Source: an uncultured virus (IMG/VR IMGVR_UViG_3300031884_000004) (taxonomy: Duplodnaviria > Heunggongvirae > Uroviricota > Caudoviricetes). From it: a stretch of DNA of 64,000 nt. The notes beneath the pieces are model-generated. The model ran no database searches, was not told the origin of the DNA, and saw only the letters and a program-made list of their open reading frames with translations. This document shows positions 1-8,977 of this stretch, one piece after another. Made by a program: the position numbers and the translations under genes. How positions within the stretch are numbered: the first letter of the stretch is position 1; each line of letters starts with the position of its first letter. The DNA is taken from the IMG/VR virus record IMGVR_UViG_3300031884_000004; one strand, 5' to 3'.

Positions 1-215
1 CGTCTGCCTTTTTCATGATCAGATAGGCATCGTGTTTGTCTTCGGCGTATCCAATCAACCGCACAACCTCAGTGTCTACCAGTACTGGTTCGTTGAAATG
101 CTTTTCACACATTTCTCGAATGTGATTCCGCATTTTGTTCCATTATGGAAACTTGAACGTCAACTTCTAAAATTTTGTTCCTAGAAAGCACTTGCTTAGG
201 TGTCATCATTTAGGC

Positions 216-422
216 TCATTCGGGTACACTATACAAAGAAATGATAAGATCAAGAGCATCGACCCTCTTTTGAATTTCTACAGCATCTTCTTCGGGATCA
301 ATAGAGAAGACACGAGTATCACCCCTAGCCAAATCATCAACAAAATTCTGCCGACACAACTTAAGTTCTTTTAAGACAATCGTGTCAACCATTTCATACG
401 TTAGTTCAATTGAATAACTCAT
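216..422 (-). CDS. hypothetical protein
   Basis: 68-aa ORF in the co-oriented minus-strand gene string. Confidence 0.6.
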   Translation of the reverse strand: MSYSIELTYEMVDTIVLKELKLCRQNFVDDLARGDTRVFSIDPEEDAVEIQKRVDALDLIISLYSVPE

Positions 423-706
423 TGCTTTACTGCGTCCTTTTCTAGTGTCTTATAGAAATTCTGTAGGTTAGGAGGAAGAGACGAGATATCATCATCTCGA
501 ACTAGGTTCCATGCCAGAGTGCGGATCATAGCTTTATCTTCCTTGGTAGATACACCGCTATAGACAAGCTGCATACTCTCGATCTCACGTTCGACTTGTG
601 GGTGATAGGTATTATGTATGATATTACTGGTCTTAGGTTGGCTAAATGCCATAGTAAGACCTACGGTACAGAGAACAGCAGTTCCCAACATAATTCGCTT
701 AAACAT
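419..706 (-). CDS. hypothetical exported/membrane protein
   Basis: N-terminal basic plus hydrophobic stretch (MFKRIMLGTAVLCTVGLTMAFS). Confidence 0.55.
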   Translation of the reverse strand: MFKRIMLGTAVLCTVGLTMAFSQPKTSNIIHNTYHPQVEREIESMQLVYSGVSTKEDKAMIRTLAWNLVRDDDISSLPPNLQNFYKTLEKDAVKQ

Positions 707-764
707 TTTTTGTCTCCGACTGTATTGAGGAATATACTAATAATTTATCTAAGATTATTATAAG

Positions 765-1088
765 TTAAAACTTCTTCCAGATATATGTTGAGTTACCGGT
801 ATTAAATCGAACGCATTCGACTTCGTCGCCATCAGCCGCAGTATCTTTCCATTCATCAGTAATTTTGGTGATCAGAGTCGTCTGCCACCAGTCTTGAGCG
901 CCGCATGAGCGAGCGTATAGAGATCCTACTCTCATGGCTACACCCACTCTAGGACGAGCACTATGCTCGTACTCTACACCCGAAATGTGATAGTTCTCAG
1001 CCTCTGTGTTGTCGGATGGCCAAAGAGCCATTGACATAGGACCGGAGTCCCCCATACCATCAGAAACCCTATAAAGAGAATATGTCAT
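765..1088 (-). CDS. hypothetical protein
   Basis: 107-aa ORF, SD-like AGGA upstream. Confidence 0.6.
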   Translation of the reverse strand: MTYSLYRVSDGMGDSGPMSMALWPSDNTEAENYHISGVEYEHSARPRVGVAMRVGSLYARSCGAQDWWQTTLITKITDEWKDTAADGDEVECVRFNTGNSTYIWKKF

Positions 1089-1144
1089 GTTTTACTTTTT
1101 CCTGTTTTAAAGAATATATTACATCAACCATTTAACAGCATAAC

Positions 1145-1471
1145 TTAGAGTAATGACCTTGCAGTTTCTTCTTTTCTAGCTACTGCTTCCGGTCTTTGCC
1201 AGTGTTCTTTAATTCTTTCGGAATGTTTCTCTAAATAACCCGGACAGTGTTGTGATATTTTAGAGCAGGAATAAGTTCCTTTGGTATTCCTAAATCTTGC
1301 GGTATTCCCACAGCCAAACTGACACCTAGTTCCATCAGGTATCATTTGGTGTGTCTTGTCGTGATAATGCCACATCTGTGGATTATTAGATACATAATCG
1401 CAATGATTGCATTTTCGAGGATAAGCAATACCTGATTGAATCTTGTTCTTTGAACCTTTTGGTCTTCCCAT
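1145..1471 (-). pseudogene. Zn-finger/AT-hook DNA-binding protein, probably a truncated homing-endonuclease remnant
   Basis: MGRPKGSKNK, CxxC...HxxxH, CQFGCG and HSERIKEHW motifs; no nuclease domain before the stop; endonuclease-style promoter/hairpin upstream. Confidence 0.45.
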
Positions 1472-1500
1472 ATAAATACTCCATTGTATGTAGTATTTAT
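1472..1500 (-). promoter_or_regulatory. late promoter (ATAAATA) in the 5' arm of an RBS-sequestering hairpin
   Basis: minus strand reads ATAAATACT-ACATACAATGG-AGTATTTAT-ATG: perfect 9-bp inverted repeat overlapping the GGAG SD. Confidence 0.65.
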
Positions 1501-2082
1501 TTAAACTTTCTCACTGTTTTCTTTTAGTAAATTCATGTGTACCACCACTAAGTGACTGTAACTAATCGCGTGGCTACGTTTATAAGCATAACCAGTCTGA
1601 TCCTTTTCCCAAACAGTCTCGTTTATTTCTTTCCAGGTCTTATTAAGCAAGTGTCGCTTCGCAGGTCTAATTGCTGCAAGAAACATGGCCAGCCTAGGAA
1701 TAGAGTTTATAGGCTCCGGCATTCGTCTAACTGCTTCAAATTGGCTATTCAAGTGAATCAGTTGCTCAACGATATTTTTATCATTGAGCATTGACCAATC
1801 CGGTTCTTGCATTAACCTAATTAGATGTTCTTCATCTTTGACCATATTATATACGTAAACATTCAGTAAATCAATCTTAAAATAGCCACGGGCTTCTGCT
1901 TCTGCATAATCGATTGCAGCCATGTCATACACGGGATCATAAGGAATATCTGTGGGATATATACCAGACGGGTGCTTTCTGATAGGATTGACTTTTCGCA
2001 TTGCAGCATGGACATGCTTAATCAGTGACAACACTGCGTCACGATTTCCCAAATCAATGTCAATGTCTGAATCTATTCTCAT
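1501..2082 (-). CDS. dnaE: minimal DNA polymerase III alpha (DnaE/family C)-like protein
   Basis: DIDID, KHPSG, FKIDLL, LAAIRP and YAYKRSHA motifs in DnaE order within 193 aa. Confidence 0.8.
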   Translation of the reverse strand: MRIDSDIDIDLGNRDAVLSLIKHVHAAMRKVNPIRKHPSGIYPTDIPYDPVYDMAAIDYAEAEARGYFKIDLLNVYVYNMVKDEEHLIRLMQEPDWSMLNDKNIVEQLIHLNSQFEAVRRMPEPINSIPRLAMFLAAIRPAKRHLLNKTWKEINETVWEKDQTGYAYKRSHAISYSHLVVVHMNLLKENSEKV

Positions 2083-2627
2083 TTGATATGAGTAAAGCCA
2101 GCCTTAATTAACTTTTGGTAAGCACGTTGAACCACGATAGCCTGGCGTTCGGCATCTTCTACTGCTTTGTGAGTAGTGACGTGCCCGTCATCTTTCAACG
2201 ACACACCTGCAAGATCGTAGATTGTACGACAGTCACGAATAGTCCAAAAGGGCCAGGGAATACGCATGTCTAATTCACGGAATGCATTCTCTGCTACCAC
2301 CACATCGAACCCTGCGCCGTTGGACCAGATAGCCTGTTGATTCCAACAAAACTTGTACAGCTTTTCCATACATTCTTTGTAAGAGATTCTGTCCTGGTCT
2401 CCCATAGATTCGTTGATCGCTTCTGCGCTCTGAGTACTCCACCAACGAAGGGTGTCGTCACTGATGCTTCGACCAAAAGTATCTGTTTGTTCGTCAATGG
2501 TTGGACGAAGTTCTAGTTTCTCGATTACGCCTGACCCGCGCGGATCAAACTTAACGAGTCCGATAGTTAGAATGACAGTGGTTGGCGCTGTGTCCAGCGT
2601 CTCCATGTCAAGCATAATATGTGCCAT
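2079..2627 (-). CDS. DEDDh 3'-5' exonuclease (RNase T/DnaQ-like)
   Basis: MLDMETL, WSNGAGFD, RDCRT and HKAVEDA motifs. Confidence 0.85.
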   Translation of the reverse strand: MAHIMLDMETLDTAPTTVILTIGLVKFDPRGSGVIEKLELRPTIDEQTDTFGRSISDDTLRWWSTQSAEAINESMGDQDRISYKECMEKLYKFCWNQQAIWSNGAGFDVVVAENAFRELDMRIPWPFWTIRDCRTIYDLAGVSLKDDGHVTTHKAVEDAERQAIVVQRAYQKLIKAGFTHIK

Positions 2628-2690
2628 AGTTAGTACCTTTCAAATTTAAACATACTTTACATTATGGTGTGATTCAAGTAATTCGGATAA

Positions 2691-2903
2691 CTATTCACAT
2701 AGCTTCCAATGGACATAAGTTTTCTCGTCCATGACAATATGTGAATGTGTTTTAAACCATGCACCTAAGTATTCTCGTTTGGTTCGATAATACTGGTTGC
2801 ACCAGTCTTCTAATTCCTTAGTTTGTGGCAACAGAATGAATGTCATATCATGCCATTCACCGTATAACCATATCTTTTTCCGTATTTTTCGTTGTTCTAC
2901 CAT
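2691..2903 (-). CDS. small paralogous-family protein
   Basis: LEDWC and C-terminal DEKTYVHWKL. Confidence 0.6.
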   Translation of the reverse strand: MVEQRKIRKKIWLYGEWHDMTFILLPQTKELEDWCNQYYRTKREYLGAWFKTHSHIVMDEKTYVHWKLCE

Positions 2904-3199
2904 CGCAACTTAAACCACATATAATCTTTCTCATATCTAAACTTAACTCTAGTAGCATTAGGATTGTTACTAGGATCCACAGCCCATCTGCAATGCCGCT
3001 CGCACATGTCTATGTTATCATATAACCATTGTACTACTTCGTCGTGCTTTCGATGCTGTGCTTGATAGGTTGTTCCGTTATGTATGACTACTGCCTCATA
3101 CCAACCCGGTTTGGTTTCTTGCCAATTCATTTGTTCTTTAATAGATGAATCATAATCTACTACTCTAACCTGCTGATTATAATGTTCTCTATAAATCAT
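2897..3199 (-). CDS. small paralogous-family protein
   Basis: C-terminal FRYEKDYMWFKLRW. Confidence 0.65.
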   Translation of the reverse strand: MIYREHYNQQVRVVDYDSSIKEQMNWQETKPGWYEAVVIHNGTTYQAQHRKHDEVVQWLYDNIDMCERHCRWAVDPSNNPNATRVKFRYEKDYMWFKLRW

Positions 3200-3417
3200 T
3201 GATACTTAAGCATAAACCAAGCTAAAATAGCTTCATCGTGTATTACCAGTCGGACACTCATATTGTAATCTGAGTCAACTGTTATGATAACATCATCTAG
3301 TTCCGGATAAATTTGCATTATCTCATCTTTTATTTGTTCTATCAAAGCAGGAGTATATTCAGCAAAGGCGTACATATCAAATAGGCGGCGCTCAAGATCA
3401 GCAGTGTTCATAACCAC
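3196..3417 (-). CDS. small paralogous-family protein
   Basis: C-terminal DEAILAWFMLKY. Confidence 0.6.
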   Translation of the reverse strand: MVMNTADLERRLFDMYAFAEYTPALIEQIKDEIMQIYPELDDVIITVDSDYNMSVRLVIHDEAILAWFMLKYQ

Positions 3418-3608
3418 CTCAATGAAAACATAACCGCATCTTTGTCGGTTTCAAAATAAAACTCAGTGTAGGTAAAACCATATAACCCGCAATCCAGTTC
3501 CAATCCTAAAAATGTAGGACAATTGCTAATTGCCCAATTTTCTACTTCTCGCAGATTATCGGTATTTTCGGTATTTAACTTTACAACAGTTATCTCCGTC
3601 ATGACCAT
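3408..3608 (-). CDS. small paralogous-family protein
   Basis: C-terminal FETDKDAVMFSLRW. Confidence 0.65.
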   Translation of the reverse strand: MVMTEITVVKLNTENTDNLREVENWAISNCPTFLGLELDCGLYGFTYTEFYFETDKDAVMFSLRWL

Positions 3609-3877
3609 CTCATGTTAAACCATAACAGGTCTTTTTCATCTCTTAGGTAGAACGCATTGGGTATCTTGTACCGAGCACCAGTGCCACTTACTAATTCTGG
3701 ATCATACCATCTAGCTGAAATGGTTTGATCATTACCTGATTCTCCAAACATTCGCGTACACCATTCTTTACATTCTGCAATATTAAATGTATATACTATG
3801 TAATATGTCTTACCGTATATATACGCAAAACTTGGTGGTTCACTGAACGGATTTATATCCTGTTGATAGTACATCAT
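3599..3877 (-). CDS. small paralogous-family protein
   Basis: CKEWC and C-terminal LRDEKDLLWFNMRW. Confidence 0.65.
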   Translation of the reverse strand: MMYYQQDINPFSEPPSFAYIYGKTYYIVYTFNIAECKEWCTRMFGESGNDQTISARWYDPELVSGTGARYKIPNAFYLRDEKDLLWFNMRWS

Positions 3878-4608
3878 TAAAATCCGGCCGAAGTTAACAG
3901 AGATTTTACTTGAGGTACTCTATCAGCGCTTCGTCTAAATTTAATTGCCCATTGTTCTGGATTAATGTAATCTAGAACCATCTTCTGTTGTAGTTCGTCA
4001 AAACTTTCTAGTAAATCGATGCCACTAGGGCATTGATATAACATCCATGGACTGATTTTACCCGTAGTTATAATGTGACATAGCTTGTTACGATTGCCGT
4101 AGCGAAGATAGTCTTTGCTTTGAATACCTTCTTCGTTGGCCTTAGCAATACAGGTTTCTATGCTGCGAGCAATCGCGTCTAGGGGGTCTTCGGTTTTTAG
4201 ATAATCAATGATGAATTTAGTATAATTCGTATCGCTGCACCAACTGTCAATCTTAACATCGTTCTTTAGCAACCAATCCGCATAAGCGTTGACATTAAGT
4301 ACGTTAACGTTCACGCAATAGTGACCGAACTTAACGAAAGCAAGGTAATATGCACTTTTTGTAAAGTCCAAATATGTTTTTGTCTTTTTGGAAGCCGTGT
4401 TCTTTTTGTAGAAGCGTAACCAAGAATGAAAGCCAATTCTGTTTCCAGCTAAGTCCTTATCTTGCCATCTGCGTTTATTTTCGCATAGGTGATTCATCAT
4501 GGTCGTTTCTTTCTGAAACCCACGATTGCAAAACTCACAACTAAATTCTGGTTTAGTTTCCCCAGGCTTTTTCGTAGTGTTCAATGTCGTCGTCTGTAAT
4601 AAGGTCAC
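3877..4608 (-). CDS. phage protein with N-terminal Zn-finger (true start probably downstream of 4608)
   Basis: CEFCNRGF...HLC motif; annotated 5' end overlaps the upstream gene. Confidence 0.65.
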   Translation of the reverse strand: MTLLQTTTLNTTKKPGETKPEFSCEFCNRGFQKETTMMNHLCENKRRWQDKDLAGNRIGFHSWLRFYKKNTASKKTKTYLDFTKSAYYLAFVKFGHYCVNVNVLNVNAYADWLLKNDVKIDSWCSDTNYTKFIIDYLKTEDPLDAIARSIETCIAKANEEGIQSKDYLRYGNRNKLCHIITTGKISPWMLYQCPSGIDLLESFDELQQKMVLDYINPEQWAIKFRRSADRVPQVKSLLTSAGF

Positions 4609-5140
4609 TTAACAACTCAATCTCGTCGTACTTTAATGTAGGGAACTTATCAGCAAGATACATCTTTTTCTTGTGATTTTCAATGTAAACCTCAGTGATT
4701 AGGGCAACGTCTGCATCACTTGATTTAGGATAAATCTTCTTGAAATATTCCTTAATTTCTTTAGGCTTTGCGTTTTCGCGTAATTTAACTACACGTTCTT
4801 TGATTTGGGGTACCCACTGATGGAATTGTTTGCCTATACCCGGACTAGATGCACACAGCATCATCCAAAGCAATTTAGGATGCTCTTGTACATTCTCGTT
4901 AAAGAAATGTTTATTGGCATGATAGTCGGTACTTTGAACGTAATAGCGCTGGATATCTCTGTTAGCTTTTACTGCACTGACCCAATGCATTAAAACAAAT
5001 GGAACAATTTTCTTTTGTTGTGCGGCTGTTAATCTATCATAGTACCCATAGTCTTTTCTGTCTATAGCAGCCAAAACGTCAAATAGAACTAGGTCCTGAT
5101 CGGGCAACGTTTCGTCTACGGGAACCTGCTCCTTTGCCAT
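4553..5140 (-). CDS. putative clamp-loader small subunit (T4 gp62-like)
   Basis: LFDVLAAID...PFVLMHW...HPKLLW...FHQW pattern and replication context. Confidence 0.5.
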   Translation of the reverse strand: MAKEQVPVDETLPDQDLVLFDVLAAIDRKDYGYYDRLTAAQQKKIVPFVLMHWVSAVKANRDIQRYYVQSTDYHANKHFFNENVQEHPKLLWMMLCASSPGIGKQFHQWVPQIKERVVKLRENAKPKEIKEYFKKIYPKSSDADVALITEVYIENHKKKMYLADKFPTLKYDEIELLSDLITDDDIEHYEKAWGN

Positions 5141-5466
5141 TAGTTCTTTAGCGCTTCCAGAGTTATGATATGTGCAACAGTCTGACCCAAATCTGTTCCA
5201 TGCGGGACTATAGTTAGTTTGGGCATATGATTTGCAGACGTGACATTAGCGTATGATGCGTCTGACATGTATTGTACAATGAATCCTCCGTCAGCCTTAA
5301 AGACAGTGAAATTGATGCAATTTCCTTCCGGAGTACGTCCCGGAGTACGTCTACTGTTAGAAACTAACCGTGCTTTGGGAGAAGATATAAATTCATCTTG
5401 TGGCTCGTCCCAGACCCGGCGACACATTTTAGCAAACCATCGATCAAACCACTTCATACGTATCAT
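5140..5466 (-). CDS. hypothetical protein
   Basis: 108-aa ORF in gene string. Confidence 0.6.
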   Translation of the reverse strand: MIRMKWFDRWFAKMCRRVWDEPQDEFISSPKARLVSNSRRTPGRTPEGNCINFTVFKADGGFIVQYMSDASYANVTSANHMPKLTIVPHGTDLGQTVAHIITLEALKN

Positions 5467-5599
5467 CCTTTGCAGTTAAGTCTAGCAAGACCTTTATTTC
5501 TATCTTCGGATAAAGTGTTCTAATAACACCTACGATATCGAAATCCTTGTTGTTGTCCTGAAACTTTTCAAGTTCGTCTGTCTTAATCATTTTCTCTCC

Positions 5600-6103
5600 T
5601 TAAAATGCTTGGCTATAGTCTACAGTCTCACAGTTCCTGCTGATTTCCTTGACAAAGTAAACACACCTTGGTTTAGGTCCATCATCGATTGGTACTGCTA
5701 AAAATTGTCCATTACGTAATCTCGGTGCATACCATGTCACGTCTGTATAGATATCAACAATTTCAATTGGTAAAAATGTCGGGGAATGAGAAGTCAACGG
5801 ATTAAATTGAAATGCATGAAATCCACGATCATTCAAGCTTGATAAGGGTAGAGTCTCTAGGTCACCGTGTTCTTGTTCACCTATCAAGACTTGCCAGTCG
5901 ACCGGCATCTTGATTGTTCTCTCACCAATTTTTAAAACCAGTGCCGGTGAATTAAATGATTCTAGAAAAATAAGAGGAATAAAATGATAGTCTACGTTTG
6001 TGGGAGTAGAGTTGTCTAATATTGCAAATCGCAAATCATCAATTTCTTCCGGTAGATGTTCTAGATTATATGCCTCGTTGGTGTCCAGTGATAAAATTCT
6101 CAT
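5600..6103 (-). CDS. hypothetical phage protein
   Basis: 167-aa ORF directly after a sigma70-like promoter. Confidence 0.7.
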   Translation of the reverse strand: MRILSLDTNEAYNLEHLPEEIDDLRFAILDNSTPTNVDYHFIPLIFLESFNSPALVLKIGERTIKMPVDWQVLIGEQEHGDLETLPLSSLNDRGFHAFQFNPLTSHSPTFLPIEIVDIYTDVTWYAPRLRNGQFLAVPIDDGPKPRCVYFVKEISRNCETVDYSQAF

Positions 6104-6109
6104 AGTGTT

Positions 6110-6138
6110 ATTCTAGCAACAATGTGTGTAAAAGTCAA
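6110..6138 (-). promoter_or_regulatory. sigma70-type promoter
   Basis: TTGACT-17 nt-TAGAAT; ATG follows 6 nt later. Confidence 0.6.
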
Positions 6139-6142
6139 CATT

Positions 6143-6979
6143 TTAGTAATCCAGTTTCTCTATAGTAAAGGGATATTTAGCCTCTTTATAAAAAGCCTTA
6201 CGCTGGGTTAAATGCCTCTTTGCAAACTTACACGTACTAGTAACGTCCCAAATCTGCACGTGGTCTTTGTCTTCTGCTTTTCTTATGCCACGACCAATGC
6301 TCTGTATAACTCGTACAAATGATTTGCCTGGTTCGATGAGAACCAAATTAAAGATTCGAGGAATGTTGATGCCCACAGCCGCAACACCATATGTAGCTAC
6401 AATTATCTTATCATCACTGATCGCAACCTCATCGTATTCTTCTTTGCGTTCTGTTAGTTTTGTTCCACCATTAACAAACACTGAATTTTGTAGTCTGCTG
6501 ACTAGTTCTTTACCTGCATTTACTCTATCAACCAAAACCAATGTGTTGCCTGTTTTATTGACGGCTCGTACAAGATCAGCGATTTTGTCTAAACGATGGC
6601 CGTCCTCTAGTAGAAACTTTAACTCGCTTTGATAGTTTGTAAACTCCGAAGTATCTTTAAGCTGCACTATGTTAACGTGACAACTTGCAAGAACACCTCG
6701 ATCTTGTAGCTCACTTGCTGCTAACTTCCCGATGACTGGCCCAAGAGATACTAGAATCGAAGCGCGATCCATTTCGGCTTTAGGTATGGTACCGGTTAAT
6801 CCCCAGCGAATAGGAACATCAGCGAATACCCCAGTAAGCATTTGCTTGAGAACATCAGCTTTTGCCATGTGACAGTTGGATACTACTGCACCGTCAACTA
6901 TGTAATTATGATCATTTTCAATGTGGAGATTGAACACTTCGTCAGGTTTATCAATTTCGGTTTTTCTTATTAGCTTCAT
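6143..6979 (-). CDS. uvsW: split-intein C-fragment (35 aa, 6875-6979) fused to the C-terminal half of a UvsW-like SF2 helicase
   Basis: MKLIRK...VFNLHIENDHNYIVDGAVVSN|CH, then GLTGT, GINIP and QSIGRGIR helicase motifs III-VI. Confidence 0.9.
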   Translation of the reverse strand: MKLIRKTEIDKPDEVFNLHIENDHNYIVDGAVVSNCHMAKADVLKQMLTGVFADVPIRWGLTGTIPKAEMDRASILVSLGPVIGKLAASELQDRGVLASCHVNIVQLKDTSEFTNYQSELKFLLEDGHRLDKIADLVRAVNKTGNTLVLVDRVNAGKELVSRLQNSVFVNGGTKLTERKEEYDEVAISDDKIIVATYGVAAVGINIPRIFNLVLIEPGKSFVRVIQSIGRGIRKAEDKDHVQIWDVTSTCKFAKRHLTQRKAFYKEAKYPFTIEKLDY

Positions 6980-7892
6980 ATAACTTCCTTATCTTTGTTG
7001 CGGTTTTTTCATCAAATCCAGAGAGGTCGGAAGGGCAGCTATTATTCAATAGCCATTCCCGTGTTGCGACAATGACACTAAACCCATTTTGATCTGCCCA
7101 CTCTTTAAGGGCAACCATTTTTGCGTCAAATATCTTACCTCGGCATAACTCCGTCGGCTTCACTTCTACTACCTGTTTGGTTTTATAATCAACAAAATCA
7201 ACTATGTATATTTTTCGATTACCGTTGATAATGTATTCTAATCTCAATGTTTCATACGCTGCATCCTGATACATATACTGAAACAACGCTTCCCAACTCG
7301 ATCTATATTTCTTTCTGTTAAACGTTGCTTCCCAGTGCGTGTTTCTATTGTTGGAATTTGGGGTAAAGTCTCCATATAAAATTTTATCCTTCATTATATC
7401 CGATCGGAATTTTTTATCCTGGTCAGACATTTTTACACCATACATACCGTTTGCTTCCCCGCTATTTACTCTAGCAGCAACCCGACTGTCGGTTTGTTTA
7501 GTCAAACCCTTCGCCCAAGAAGTTTGTAGTCCTGTTTTCCCTTTATTCCACGGCACACCTGTATTTAAATTGCGACTACTAAGTTCAGGATGTAATTTAT
7601 GAACGGCTTCGCCACCAATTGCAGCAAGCTTAGCCTTGACTTCCCGATCAGATATTAATCCGGATAGAAGCAAATCCATATTCTTCACCCAAAGATCAGT
7701 CTTGGAATTCATTACCCTCTTTTTAAAATTATTAAACTCGGGCTGTATTAATATCTCGCCGGTTGATAATTCTAGTGTTGATTTTCCAAAAGTAACGACC
7801 CTTACCTGTTGGTTATGTTCTGCTAGTCGCTTGTTTAACCGATCTTTCCATTGTTCATATGTAATTTTCATGAATACTCCTGCCTTAGCCAT
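6951..7892 (-). CDS. free-standing homing endonuclease (NUMOD-like repeats plus TnsA-like PD-(D/E)xK domain); likely start at 7871
   Basis: PWNKGK, WAKGLTK and GEANGMYG motifs; YRSSWE...YIVDF...VEVKP; located between the split-intein halves. Confidence 0.75.
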   Translation of the reverse strand: MAKAGVFMKITYEQWKDRLNKRLAEHNQQVRVVTFGKSTLELSTGEILIQPEFNNFKKRVMNSKTDLWVKNMDLLLSGLISDREVKAKLAAIGGEAVHKLHPELSSRNLNTGVPWNKGKTGLQTSWAKGLTKQTDSRVAARVNSGEANGMYGVKMSDQDKKFRSDIMKDKILYGDFTPNSNNRNTHWEATFNRKKYRSSWEALFQYMYQDAAYETLRLEYIINGNRKIYIVDFVDYKTKQVVEVKPTELCRGKIFDAKMVALKEWADQNGFSVIVATREWLLNNSCPSDLSGFDEKTATKIRKLYEANKKNRN

Positions 7893-7898
7893 ATGTAT

Positions 7899-8924
7899 TT
7901 ATGTTTTATTTACTATTTCGTGATTTTCAGTAAGTTCGTCAGCCCGGCACCAGCCTAGATTTGTTAGAAATTGATGATTTCCAGTAACCCTAATTACACG
8001 TCCGTTATCAAATTCCATCTCATACATTTTTTCAGTGGACGACACAGTAAGATTGTGCTGTTGTTTTACCACTGTATCTTCCTTGAAGGTTCCGGACTGT
8101 TCACAATAATTGATTACTTTATCTCCGGCTTTAATGTCCTTGATGGGTACATATCCAACCGGGGTTAGCACCACTGATTCTCCGTGAAAACATTCATCAA
8201 CCATGACACAAACAACATCATCAAAGAAAAAGTCTTCCATATCAGGATCCTTGTTAGGATCTTGTTCAGCTTTAACCTTGAGCAAATTGTTCAGTGATTG
8301 CCATGTACAGATGGTATGTGTTTTACCGTAATCCTTTCGATCACCAAAGTACACGCCTACCTCAAGTTGAAGATTTTTGTAATCTGCTTCGGTTTGTACT
8401 ACCAACGACTTGTTGGGAACAACTACGATAGATCGACCATATGGCTCAATACTTTTAGACAATGCGGCTGTCATTAATGTCTTGCCAGCGCCTGTTGCTA
8501 TTTCTTGAAGTGACTGTGGATTGGCTAAAAAGTTATTGACGATTTCCACTTGATAATCACGCAGAATTATAGGTTGACCTTCACGTTCATGTCCGGCGGG
8601 CCAGCATATGTTAGCAAAAGTATTCTCGTTTATCAGGTCAAACTTTAGGTCTAAGTGATTTTTTCTCTTGTCGTCTAGTACTATGTCATAGCCGTAATCG
8701 ATTAGTATCGGAATGATTTCATCCAGTAGATTTAGATAGGTACTCCCTGCTAAAGAAAAATAGCTGATCTTACCATTCCATCTACCCAATCGAACTGCTG
8801 GTTGATATCTGGCACCGGGCTTCTCGTACTCAAATTTTTTCATGAGAGCGCGCCTTACATCTAACTCAAGTCCTAAAATTTTAACGTTTACTTCGTCCTT
8901 AATTTCTATTGTTGCTGTTTTCAA
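7899..8924 (-). CDS. uvsW: N-terminal half of a UvsW-like helicase fused to a split-intein N-fragment (97 aa, 7902-8192)
   Basis: LRDYQ, ATGAGKT (Walker A), VMVDE|CFHGES (intein block A), TGNHQF (block B TxxH). Confidence 0.9.
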   Translation of the reverse strand: MKTATIEIKDEVNVKILGLELDVRRALMKKFEYEKPGARYQPAVRLGRWNGKISYFSLAGSTYLNLLDEIIPILIDYGYDIVLDDKRKNHLDLKFDLINENTFANICWPAGHEREGQPIILRDYQVEIVNNFLANPQSLQEIATGAGKTLMTAALSKSIEPYGRSIVVVPNKSLVVQTEADYKNLQLEVGVYFGDRKDYGKTHTICTWQSLNNLLKVKAEQDPNKDPDMEDFFFDDVVCVMVDECFHGESVVLTPVGYVPIKDIKAGDKVINYCEQSGTFKEDTVVKQQHNLTVSSTEKMYEMEFDNGRVIRVTGNHQFLTNLGWCRADELTENHEIVNKT

Positions 8925-8977
8925 TGTTTATTCCTTGGGTCTTTCCTTCTCCATAGCCTGTTGATAATGAGATTTCG

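Noticed and set aside
5329..5350. Short tandem repeat (CGGAGTACGTC twice)
   Set aside because: It is a small in-frame duplication encoding RTPGRTP within a hypothetical ORF, with no wider array
6143..8924. Group I intron, or a frameshifted contiguous intein, in uvsW
   Set aside because: Both halves have intein terminal motifs; IntN has its own stop and IntC its own SD and ATG; there is no non-coding room for an intron core
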